In this document: positions 51,661 to 64,000 of the stretch, one piece after another
How positions within the stretch are numbered: the stretch's first letter is position 1
How the letters are laid out: the number at the start of each line of letters is the position of its first letter
Assembly (NCBI GenBank): GCA_965153455.1
Contig: OZ234493.1
Span: 23,922,213-23,986,212, forward strand
DNA from: Sphagnum compactum
Taxonomy: Eukaryota
Length of the DNA: 64,000 nucleotides
Reading direction: 5' to 3'
Notes under the pieces: model-generated
Told to the model about the DNA's origin: nothing
The model's database searches: none
Seen by the model: only the letters and a program-made list of their open reading frames with translations
Translations under genes and position numbers: made by a program

Positions 51661-52485
51661 ATTGACAATAGATGTAATGAATGATCTATTATCAATTTCA
51701 AATTTTTACATGTATTTTTTTATGTCCATTGATTTGTCCTATTAATGTTTCAATGACATTAGACTACATATATACTAGTGTATTAGATCACATGTGCATG
51801 TATTATGTATTAGACATAATTTACACCTTTATTTCATTTCTCCCAAAGCTTGCATCGACTACAACATCCCCTTGGTGTTCTTGTTCAATCATCAAGGTGT
51901 ATGCATTCTAAGGTGGCTCATTTTTGGCAAATGCTCCACTCCCTAAAAATCCCTACGATAGTGTTAAAATGGCAATCTATTTTGATATCATTAATTTAGT
52001 GGGGAATTACATAGTGATTAATGAACTAAAAAGCCCATATGAAAATAGACCATTCTAAACAATTTTTTAATGTACATGTTTTTAAAAAAAAAAGTTGAAA
52101 TCCACCCACAATTATTATGATATGGACTTATGAAAATATGGCTCATTTTAAGCCATTCAAAAGTCGATAATTTTTTTTGGTTAATTATTTTCTAACAATT
52201 CTTTTGCACATATGTATTTTTGTTTTAACATATCGTATATTGAGTCCCTATGATATATTTCAAAGAAAATTCATACACAAAAATGCATGTATATAGAAGC
52301 ACAAACAATAAACTAGTCCATATTTTTTGATTTGAAAAGTCCATTACTATATATTTGGTGTATATATGTTATAATTTTTTTAATACATGTCTTCTTCTTC
52401 AAGTTGACAATCTAAATCTAGCCACAAATTTGAAAATTATTGTTTTTATGCCATGTTAACGTCATGTAAATGCATGCCACTTTGT

Positions 52486-52670
52486 TTCTGAAAGATTGAA
52501 GCAGCTTTTATTGGCCACAAGCCAGGTAGTTGAGCTCATTCCATCAGCAGTTTCCGCTTTGACTATTTTAGAAGATATGATACAATGCCAGGGTTCTGAA
52601 AGATTGAAGCAGCTCTTATTGGTCATGAGTCAGGTAGTTTGCTTTGACTACTTCGGAAGATATGGTCCAA
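52486..52670. repeat. Tandem duplication, period 108 bp
   Basis: TTCTGAAAGATTGAAGCAGCT.TTATTGG..A..AG.CAGGTAGTT...GCTTTGACTA.TT..GAAGATATG occurs at 52486 and 52594; the second copy lacks about 22 nt. Confidence 0.9.
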
Positions 52671-52694
52671 AATTTAGGAGGAGCAAAGTGGCAC

Positions 52695-53875
52695 ATGAGT
52701 GAAAATACCCACAGCTTGACTCTCTTAGCCTGGACAGGTATAACAGCTGCTGAGTGAACTGTTTGCCAAGTGTAGAGATGAGTCCCAGAACTCTGGAGTC
52801 TGAATCTGCTTTATAAGCCATTCAAATTCTAAAACTTGAGGGCATTCATGATTGTTATTATGTATGGCAATGTGGGGTTATTTGGTGGGATTGTGCCATG
52901 ATACAGTAGTGCCTGAAATATTCATGGAAGGGGTCAGGAGGTTTGTGACCTGTCTCATGTTTTGTTTATCATGACTGAACTGCATGTGGGTGCAACTGGG
53001 TTATTTTTCCACACTGACACCCGACTGTTTTCAGGGAGATGTATGCTCCTACAATTTCTGTGAGTTCCAATTGCATCCTAATCGTATGGATTGCTGTATG
53101 ACATAGCTACTTTTGTGTAGCTCACAGTTGCATAATATGGTTTGATGGTTGTACAGATGCAGCAGTGAAGTCTTTTGCTTGGTTCACAGAACATCTGCAC
53201 TGATGGAATTCTGTTACCAGGAAACAATTTTTGCAGACAAAAATGCAATTTTTATTTGCTTGAGTCTGGGCTGCCAACTTATTTGGTAAGTATGCAATTA
53301 CATTATTTTGGCTAAGCTCTTCCTATGTAATTGAAGCTCTAATGTAAGAGTGAAATGTTGATCCTGGGTACTATCTGTTTGACATGACCCACAACTTCTG
53401 CCTTCTGGAATGAAAAAATTCTGTTGTATGCTACTTTTGCTGTCATCAGGCAAATTTTCTCAGATCTTCAATTTGCAGCTCTTTGAAAGTAGCTCTCCAA
53501 GTACACAAATCAGGCTGCTCCAACATAAGAAGCATGGGACCAAGCCCGTGCCATGGTTATGGCATGTTTCATAATCATGTTTCAAGTTTTTTCTCTTTTC
53601 TATTTTTTTTTACCTTGTATTTTGAGGTGCTGAAACATGGTGTCCATCTCTACCAAGTGTGTCTAAAATTTCAGTTTTTCATTCATTTTACTTTGCTTCT
53701 TGATCTTGCTTGTTTTTTGTTATTTTCCTTGTTGATCATTCTGCATGCTTGTTGTTTTGTTTGTGGGTTTCACTCCTTTATTTTACTTGCTTTTTGGTTT
53801 TTTTCCTTCTTAGTTTCGTTCAATCTACCCTCTTTTCTTCTTGCTTTTTTTCTTATGTTTTTGCTTGCAGGTTAA
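52695..53875 (+). CDS. Candidate spliced orphan ORF or lncRNA; exons 52695-52737, 53035-53059, 53157-53285, 53479-53875
   Basis: Strong splice signals (CAG|GTATAA, TTTTCAG|, |GTGAGT, GTACAG|, TG|GTAAGT, TTTGCAG|) join into one open frame of 197 codons. The product resembles no known family and its tail is T-rich low-complexity. Confidence 0.3.
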
Positions 53876-54479
53876 TTTTTTCATTTTTGTGTTTGTTGGT
53901 TAATTTGTCAAGTTGTTTGTTGCCCCTTAATCTTTGCTTACTAATGCTTATTATTTGTAGATTTGTATGTTTTTTCTCACTATTTGTTTTGTGGTTATTT
54001 ATTATTTTGATTGTTATAAGTTTGGTATTTCAAATTTAGACGTTGTTTTTTATATGAACTTCAACTTTGGTCATCTTTGCTTACTAATTCTTATTGTATA
54101 GAGATTTGCTTGTTTTTCTTCACTACTTGCATTAATTATTTCTTCTTATTTTTTATTTTGATCATTGTTGAAAGTTTAATATTTCATGTTGGTTTGTTGA
54201 TATGAGCTTCATTGCTTGTTCATTTTTGCTTTTGATTTGTTTCTTAATTTAAGTTTTAAATCCTTGCAAGGTCACAATCCATCACATTCATTTGATGATC
54301 GAACTCTATTTTTGTCATGTCTTAAAAATTTCCTAAGTTTCAAAATGAATTAGAAAAATGTTTAAATTTTTTCAAGTTTAAAATTGGGTTGTAACAGAAA
54401 GCTTTTAAGTTCTAAAATGATTCAAAAGTGTCAAAGTTTGCATGTTTAAAGAAGTTTTCCACTTATGTTTTTTTAGTAA

Positions 54480-55590
54480 TTTGGAATGAAGTTTCAAGGT
54501 TGATCTTTGTATTTTTTTTTAATCTCAATTATTTTAATGAGAAAGTGATGTTAGTGTGTATATATAAGTATATATTTTTTGAATATTTTAAAAATGAGTT
54601 AGATCATTAGAATGACATTCAAAAAGACTAATCTTATTTGATTGAAAAGATTCACATAGCATTGGAAAGTTGTTAACAAGGGGTATAAGATAATGAAATC
54701 ATATGTCTCATTCAGTTGAAATTAATAGGAGTTATAAGGCTTCGAAGGTTCAAGTCTTTACAAAGAAACATTGTGCATTAAAAAATTTATTTAAACAGGC
54801 CAACATGGTAATAAATGTTTTAAAACATGCAAGAATATGTTTAAATACATCCCCAAAAATGTTAGGAATTATTTATATGTCAAAACAAACATCTTTAATA
54901 CTTGGAAACATATTGATGAAAGTTTTTGTGCTTTGAAAACATGCTAGAATCATGTGAAGAATGGTATACTTTTTTTGAAAGATGCCAAAAAATATGCCAA
55001 AACATGTAGAAACATGTCAATATATTATGAGAAGCATGCTAAAACATCTCAAGAATGACTTATATGTTTGGAACATCTTAGAATAATGTTAAAGCATGTC
55101 AAAAGTTTTTCATGGCACGTTCCTAATGTGTAAGTCCTTCATGGTATGTTTCTAGCTCGTTTCAAAGGATATAAGTTCTCATAGGCATGTTTCTAACATC
55201 TTTAAATCATCTAATCCCTCCTTGACATATTTTTAACCTATTTAAAAATAGATAGTCTTTCTCAATATGTGTCAATATATGTTTTATACATGACATTTCT
55301 TTGTAAAGTCTCAAATATTTGAAAGTTTGTAGCTCCTACTAATCTCAACCAAACAAGACATATGACTCATTATGTTATACTCCTTGTCAAAAGCTTTCCA
55401 ATGTCATGTGAATTCTTCAATCAAACATGATTTGACTTTTTGAATCGCATTTTCAATGGTCAAAATCCTCTTCAAAAGATTCATGAAAAAATATACTTCA
55501 ATTTACACATTTCAATGTCTTTTTCTCATTGAAATCAATATATCTTTCCGAAAATACATAGATCAGCAACTTGAAACATGTTTCAACAAT
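54480..55590. mobile_element. Foldback element: long imperfect inverted repeat, ~1.1 kb
   Basis: Left-arm motifs GTTTCAAG.TTGATCT, AATGAGAAAG, ATTCAAAAAG, TTTGATTGAA, ATTCACAT, CATTGGAAAG, TCATATGTCT, TAGGAG and CTTTACAAAGAAA reappear reverse-complemented in reverse order at 55296-55578. Confidence 0.85.
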
Positions 55591-58500
55591 GTTGGCTAGT
55601 TCATGAATTTCGACTAGTGCTATCAATCCAATTACAAGTTACCCTACCCACAAGTTTAAAAATTGCAAATATGCACCTTGGGACCCAAATTTCCAAAAGC
55701 TTTCTTGGAACAAGATCAATTAGGAATCTAACTAGAGATTTTAAGGATTAAAAAACACCACTTGAAACCATTTTAATAGTTTCACTTGCAATTTTGAAGG
55801 TACAAGTTGTTGCACAAATAATGATGATTAAGGTTTAAGATTTTTTTGAAATTCTTGTTCATTTAACTACACTCTTTTGTTAAGTTTTTTTTGTTTTTAA
55901 TGTTTTTTGTGCTCTTGAAACAATGTTGGAAAGGATCAATTGAAGAAGAAAACCATTAAGTTTGCTTGCATTTCTCAACAATGCTAAGGTTTTGATTCAT
56001 CTTGTTACATTTTTTTCCATTGTGTACCACATTTGTGCTCTCTATTATGAATATTCAACTATCAAGTTCACAATGCAAAAGCTTATTGATCATTACATTG
56101 AGCTTTTGTTGTTGTCATTGTACCCATGTTACAAATCATGTTTAGCTTGTCAGATGCCAATTTGGATGGCAAATGCATCCTTTCAAAGAAACATCATCTT
56201 CTTCACATTTCATAGGCAAATTGGTTGGATATCAAGAAAAGAAACCATGGTTGCCATATTACATTTTTGTAGTGCATGTTATCGACTTGTTGTATTTGGA
56301 ATCAGACGTGTATTCTTGTACATTGCAATTTATTTTGTGTGACTATACAGTTGTGTTTTTTGCGACATTTTTTGGGTGCTCATGCAACACATCAAACAAG
56401 AACTTTGTTGGAGTTAACAAGGTTGTGGACATTGTTGTCACAACAATAACAGGCGCCAAGGTGCCAATTTTTAATGTAACCAAAGCTAAGATTTAGTGTT
56501 CAAAGAATGCAAGCCTTATCTTGGGTCGAGGGTTTGAAATTGTTATGTAATATTTTTCTTTGAAGTTTGAGGCCATCTTTGTTTGTGAATGGTATGATAT
56601 CATGACTTGCTTCATTTTGTCTTTCTTTTTTCTAATGGATTGCTCACTTTATATGTTTGAAAAGCACATCAACACAATGGAGCATTTTTTATGGACAATG
56701 GTTGTTTAACCATGAGGCTCATTGTTTGTGCCCAAATTGTTATGCTATTGTTGCTTGAATGTGGAATCAAAGTCAACACTTGAAATTATTGTGAACATGC
56801 ATGGACTTTTATTGTGTTTTAGTTTTGGCATTTTGGGAGCTTAGGCTAGATGGTAGACCATATATGTTACTTGAAGATATACAAGTGTTCATATTTGACC
56901 AAGGAATAGTTTTCAAGATTTGTGGTGTGTATTTTCAATTGTATTGCAAACCCGTTACTAACAACATTAGATTTGTGTTGCATTCATCCTTAATAAGTTG
57001 TAGGAATAGTTACAGCTAGATATAATATAGAAAAAATCAATAACCTATAGTAATGTTCAACTCCCACTTTTTATATCATAGTCTAATCCAAACATTTGAC
57101 CCATAAAATCCCCCTTAATTGGTTTTTTGATGGGTCATTGATGACCATGATGTTGTAGCTAACTAGCCCTATCCAATGGAGGAATAAAGGATGTTGGCAC
57201 TAGACAATTTACACCTTAGGCCTTCCCTGTGGTCAAGTTTACTAATTGTTGAAATCAATTAGAGGCAAACACCAAGTTTGCTTATTTTGAATAACAAGTT
57301 TGGGTGTCAATTTCCTCACTAGAATTTTCAAACAATAAATTTATAATTGTCATTAGATGACATTGCCTTGGATGTGGCCAAATTTATTTAGGAATTAACA
57401 AGTATATCACCATATATTAACTAAGCAAAAAAAAATCTTTATTGTCAATTACATCAAATTTTGATGTTCATGTTTCTAGAAAAGCATATCTAGAACTACA
57501 TGCATGCACTGCTATTTTTCGGTCCAAGATGTAGTAATTTTTAAAAAAAATTCCTCACATGTTTTAGTGATAAAACTCACACAACAAGATGAAAATCTGT
57601 TCAAATCTCACACACTAACCAAGGAGTACATTTAATTGATTAAAAATAATAAAACAAATTTAGTGCATTTTTTGCCATTGTCATTACCAAGGGCATATTT
57701 AGTGCAAAACAAAACTTTTACAACATTGTTTTGTTCCAATATAAGGTACAAGAACTTTTGCGATTGTGAGTGGAAATGATCTAAATAGCCAAGTTATTCA
57801 AATTTTCCTTCTTTTGTCAACTAATTTCACCCCATGTCATCCTCACACCTAACAATAACACAAGGGTATACACTTGCATGAAAAATCAAAGGTTTTTTAT
57901 GAAATAAGGTGAAAGCACAATAAGCCCCCCAAAAGTTGTAGTCGTAAGTATATTTTTTCTAAATTAATTATTTTGGTAATGTTTGGACATCACATCTTGG
58001 ATATATATTTTTTAAAGTATATTTGATTAACTTTAATAAAATCCATTATGTTAAAAAATCCAACAAACATTGAAGAACTTGGACATATGGAATATATTTG
58101 TGACAAATAATACATGTTATTAAGTTTGAAAAATTGCATATATACTTCAAAATTAAGGTTGTGGGTGGAATTCTTAGGTGAACTTTTTTATGGTGTATGA
58201 TATTCATATACATCAATTAGATCTAACACCACTTTTAAAATTTAAATTTTGGATGAAATTCCATTCAAAAAATGTGTTTTTCTTCATTTGTTTAGCAATA
58301 AACGCATAGTAATATATATTTTTGAAGAAAAAACCACTACCATATGAAAGGGAAGGAGATTTATAAATAAGCATTACATTATTTTTTCAATTTTCTTTTG
58401 TTTGGTAATGTTTCATGAACCACAAACATGAACCCCTATGATAGTTGAATAATCATAAGTTATATATTACATGTACATTAATTCTATCTAATCCTTTTCA

Positions 58501-61500
58501 TTCAACCATTGGATCAAGATCAATTTAAACTCAAAGTGAACTTTGAGTTCAAAAATGTTCTCACGCAAATTTTAAATTTTTTTGCTTATGTTTATGATTG
58601 CCAAAGGATGCCATCAAGATTTTAGCTTATTGTGTATTATGGTATTCATTATACATCACCTTTTTTTATGAAAATTAACTCTCCCTTAATGTGATTTCAC
58701 CCAATAACAAAAAAACTAAGTTTGTGTTAAGGCTTGGTCCATTAATGTTCATGCAATAGGAATTCAAATATCCCCATATATTCATAAATGCCAAAACTCT
58801 TTATTTTTTGTTTAAAAATAATAAATATAAATAATATCATTCATGATTGATTGTTTTTTTTAAAATGGTTGTATCATGATTACAACCAGATATAATTTAA
58901 TGTATTAAACTTCCATAAATATGGCAATTGGATTAGCCCATTGTAAAATATATGACCTACTTTTTTAAATGGGAAAATACTGATACCTATAACATGGTAT
59001 AAAAAGTTGAAATTGCATGATAAAAAATAAGCATTAAAAAAATGTAAAATTTTTAAAAGTAAAAATTAACTTATTTTATTAGTATTTTGATTATTTATAA
59101 AGGGTAATGAACCTTAATTCAAAATGTTATAAATGTAAAACAATTCCACTTACAAATTGTGTCTTTTCAAATCAAAGGATAATGATTGGTGTTCAACACC
59201 TTTAGATGTATAAGTTCATGTATAACACATTGTTCATTAGCATAAGAATGTTTATATATATGTTCAAATGTAATGTATTTTGGATGTCATTGTCATGGTT
59301 TAAACTATCTTGTATAGTATGTCATTTGGGTAAAAACATAATCAAAAGAGCCAAGTGTGCCAAGGTAAAAATCCTTTTCCAAAGACTACACGTGACACAT
59401 GTCATTTTTGCATTGGTTTATAATTTATAATTTTGGATTTTTGATATTTAATTTAACACTACATGTTAGTATAAATACGCTTTGACTAAAAATTGATTTT
59501 ATACCATATATATTATGCATTCATGCCCTTTATCACATATATATAAACAACTTTGTTACGGCCACATTTTCAAAATCCATAATTTTAGGGTCAAAACCAT
59601 TTTTGAACCAAATGTGCCCAAATTGGTTATAAAAAATAATTCATTAATTCAAGCCTTTTTGCCCTTCTAATCATCAATGTGAAAATCCTCTCCAATTTTC
59701 AAAAGGAATGGCGCACATTTGGTAGGAAAAAAAGACGTTTGAAAAAAATAAGGATTGTCCATTCTTGAGATTTGAGTGCTTTGAACATGCAAAAGCACTT
59801 TTGATTTGTCTCAAGTTTTGAGCCTCTAAAATTTGCAATTGATGGAAAATATTCCAAAAAAATGATGACAATCCAAACTATTATGCTTCTTTTGTGATAT
59901 TTCAAACATACAAAAATATAAGTTTAAGGAGTGTCCACTCACTCGGGTTGGCTCCTTTGATTGTGTTTTTTACCCATTTGTCATGGTCTAAACAACCTAT
60001 TGTGCACTTATTCCAAGTTTTGTTGTTGTTGACTTCAATTGTGAAAAATGTTACAATAATTACTTCTTGGTCAATTTCATTCACCTTGACCTATTAAAAA
60101 ATATTAATTTTGGATTATTTGATTTGTTTATTTCTTCATTTCTTCATTTTTTCAACTCCACAAAATAATATCCACACATGTCAAGGTCTAGGGAGGCACA
60201 TCATAACATTAGAAGTTAATGTGGAAATTTTTCGCGAGGTTTTGAGACCTTTGTTAAGAGTCATCATGGCCCCATGCCACTTGAAATGTCATTTGACCAC
60301 AGTTTGGATCCAAAATCTTCATTGAAGAAAAAAATGAAGAATTATGGATTATGAAAAAATTATTGATTTATATTTTCTCGCATTTTTTTACATACACTTC
60401 TTTTTTTGCAATCATTGTGAACTTAAACTTGAATTCTTTTCTTATAAAGATCATGTTCCACCATCAATTTGAAAGGTTCCATTTTTTACGCATCTTGGGT
60501 TTTCAAGAATCTTTTTATAAGAATTACATTGCCTTCATATGCCATCACTTTTGCTTTTGTTATGGTGGATTTGCCTTCCTTACCACCGTCCCTAGTGTCC
60601 TCATGTCTGCATGTTGATATAATTTTGGAGTTCCCACATATATTGATGATGAAGTTACCCTCATTAGTCTAAGTGATTTATTGTTTGATGTTTTTCTTTT
60701 GAGTGTGTTTAGAATATATGTGTTGGATTGTGGACAATCTAAGACTTTCATGTCATTTTTCCAAGGAGATATATATATATATATATAGGTTTTTTATTTG
60801 GCATTACTTTCTAACTATTGGCTACCCCAATCCAATTTACATTCTTCTTTTATTATACTTGCACACCCACAACAAATGTTCTTTGATTAATGTTCAAATC
60901 ATTTTCCAATTAAGGACCTTGATTCATAAAGGGGTATAAGAACTTCTAAAACCTATTTGTAGAAATTGTGATTAGATGAGTTCAAGTGAAAGGACACTAA
61001 ATTGAATTCAACTCACAAATTGAATCCATTACGAATTTCTTGCCACAACCCCATAAAATAACACATTACATTCATTTCCTTTTGCATTGAGTGGCATTCT
61101 TAATTTGAATCTCAAGTAACTAGACATAACAAATGATTTCAAATTCCATACCTTTACGGAACTTGTTTTATCTTGACATTGTATTACAAATTTCAAATTT
61201 GCATATTCTCATTCGATAGACAATATTTCACAATCATAGGAAGTGCAATTTGTATCAATTTTATCAAATACTTAGTGCACCAGTTTGAAATTGTTAGAAC
61301 ATAGTGAATGTTGTGGTTACAAGTTTAGTAAACTTTGCATTGCATTGCATATCTTTTTGTTTTTGGTGATTATACTTGAAATGTCAAGTTATGATTTTTT
61401 TGCATTTAATCACAATTGTGATGTTTATTACATGTATCCCTTATTCTCTATCATTCATTTTCCATTCATTTCACATATCCATCTTTCATCCATTTTATTT

Positions 61501-64000
61501 TTTTCATCCAATCATTTTGGGATACAATTTCCATTGAATATTTCATCCACCTTAACTTAAACATAGTTCATACATGCATTCCCCATACATGTGTCCCTAT
61601 TCATTTTCCACATGTCGGTTTTCATCCCGCATGTCAACTTTCAGGTGTAATGTGTCACAATTCATTTTCCACATGTCCTCACTCATCTCCCATGGTCATT
61701 GTTCATCTGCCACATGGCATCATTCATTTGCCATAACATCCATCTTATGTGTGTTTTCATTCATGCATTAGGCTCAATTGCTCATTGCTCATCCTCATAG
61801 GTTCACAAAATAACAACCCCCACCAAAAGGTATCATGTAAAATTGACATTTCCTCAAAGGTAAGGTAAGTGTTTTTGTCTATTTAGATTTTCAACTTATT
61901 GAGGTCAATAATGCAATGTTTTAGATTGTTGTCAAACTTCACCTTGATTTTGATAATGTGTTGATCCAAATTTTGTATTATAAACTCGGGTTCCCCAATT
62001 TTCCCTTTAATGTTTGCTAACTTGGTTTTGGCAATTATCTTGAAGGTGATTGTCCTCTTGTGCCTTGGACTCCTTGGAAAATTACATTTCCAATTGATCA
62101 TTGACTCATTACATTGCTCACATTTCCTTTTGAAACTTATCAATTTAATTTCTAACTTCCTTAAAGATTTGGATCATTTAATAGCTTTTGTTTTAAGTTG
62201 AACAATTTCACCTTCATAAAACACCAAATGTTAAGAGGCAATGTGGAGGTTTTTTGCCACCATTTGCAAGGGTGTGTTTTCAATATGAAGATAATCAACT
62301 TCAATTCACAACTTTTGCTAATTTTCCAATTGTTATTAGACCCTATGTAATTATGCCTATAGTTTAGTAACTTGCTTTTCAACAATTTGTCAAGTTTCAA
62401 ACCTATTTCTTACCTATTTAATATCTAGGTGCAATCACACAAATAAGATTTTTTTATATTGTAAATTTTTTAATATATCATTGAAACATATGAGTTAATT
62501 TGAAAAATCCAACGAATAAAAAGTTGTCAAAATCATTCATTAAATGATGCAATGGTTGTTATTAAGCACAAAAATGACATGTAAATGGGGTTCAAATTTT
62601 TTGATAATGAAATATTTCTTGAAATCTTTTACGTAAACCTTGACATATTAGTATTAAAAAAATTTCAAGATTTTAAAGGTTTTTTTAAGACTTTTGTGAA
62701 AATAGTCCTAAAAGTATTCCCCCAAAAGCAGTCCCCTAAACAAGTGGGTGTGGCAGGTGTTATCCCATTTGCACTCATCTAAAATCATGGTTATCAATTT
62801 TTTTCCTAGGAATGTGCTATGATGATGAACTTGGCCTCAATAATAAACCAATCCCCTAGTGTCAAATAAGAACTATTTAATAACACTTATCTTGTGGATT
62901 TATATCAAAGAGGTTGGATGTTTGAAAATTTTAATCATTGAAACGACAATAAACACAAAAAATGCATTACTATTTGGATCACCTCCACATTGTATTGGTG
63001 AACATTATTAATGAATTTTGCACCAATGCAAATAAAATTATTCCCATGTGCACTTTTCTGGTACCCACAAACATAAACTTGTTACACCCATTTGGTATCT
63101 ACAATATCTACCCAATTCTTCCAAGTCTCCATTTCCCTAACAACAATGTGTACTAATTTCTTCTTCTTTTTCTTCTTATTCTTATCTATTTCTTATTTTT
63201 GCTTTGACTCACTTAAAGTTCCCTTCATCTTCTTTTGTACTACCAAAGGCATTTTATTAATCTAATAAATTATAAATATCTTGGCAATCTTTCAACATTT
63301 TCGCAAATGTTCATCCCCCTTTCCTAAAAGTTCACAATGTTTTGCAACCAATAAGAATACAAAAAAAATGATGAATAGTATGAGGAGTAAGAAAAAACTT
63401 TCTCCTATTTATTTCTTTCACCACAAGAAATTATTTTGACGAAAGATGCAATCACGTATGCATGTAATTGAAAGGCAATCATCATTGGATGCCGAAATGA
63501 CATCCTTGTATTCCATACTCATTAATGGTCATGCCTTCTTGCAACATTCCATTATTTTGCAAATGCATCAATATTTTCTAGTATCTACCTTTCAAAAAAT
63601 ACTTCCATTGAAAAATAGTCGATTGCCATACATTTAAAACACGATTGGTACTCATGCCCATATTTTGTTCGGTATAATCGATTGATTCAGTGGCCCAATA
63701 TTTTTCAATAGTAATGTTTTGATGTTGACAAAAGTTTGGTTGTGGGCTTTCTTTTGATCATTAAGTTTTTGAATCCTTTAGTTGCAAGAAAAAATATCTT
63801 TGGGGCGCTACCTTTTAATTTTCATCTATTTTATTATTTCCCTCCCCCCCGCCCAAACCCGCTCCTATTTGAATTGGGCTACTAATTTCCTAGCACCTAC
63901 ATCTAGGACTTGGTAGGGCTTAAGTTTGTTGATGTTAACTAAAATGGGGTTGGGATTGAATTTATTAATGGTTGCAAGTACGACAATATTGTTTGGCAAA

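Noticed and set aside
50511..51944. AGGGAGT...ACTCCCT as TIRs of the MULE relic
   Set aside because: Only 7 bp of complementarity and no TSD; compatible with chance.
53710..54039. Hydrophobic ORF resembling a membrane protein
   Set aside because: T-rich low-complexity DNA with a non-ATG start and no family motif.

Overview
This is eukaryotic, AT-rich land-plant genomic DNA. Its repeat landscape resembles peat moss (Sphagnum-like bryophyte); that is an inference, not a database result. Four intact intron-containing genes can be assembled from GT-AG junctions with consistent phases: an Mpv17/PMP22-family membrane protein (minus, 13494-11719), a cornichon/Erv14 ER cargo receptor (plus, 22113-23645), a probably plastid-targeted ankyrin-repeat protein (plus, about 25541-27485) and a membrane-anchored PMEI+pectin methylesterase (plus, 40190-42988). 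Two candidate orphan spliced ORFs (minus 4182-3281; plus 52695-53875) resemble no family I know. The rest is mostly transposon-derived: three decayed CRE-type non-LTR retrotransposon pieces, decayed Mutator-like transposase relics, one apparently young non-autonomous Helitron (35744-36352), a TIR MITE nested in a CRE copy, a ~1.1 kb foldback element, and many copies of a short repeat built around the palindrome TAGCCAAATTTGGCTA. The most notable structural observations are a ~190 bp direct repeat bracketing the PME gene 6.9 kb apart, an ORF apparently shattered by short-repeat insertions, ambiguous alternative 3' exons of cornichon, and recurrent ~100-130 bp tandem duplications. I found no rRNA, tRNA, CRISPR or convincing miRNA, and nothing that proves a new biological system; all novelty claims are hypotheses.
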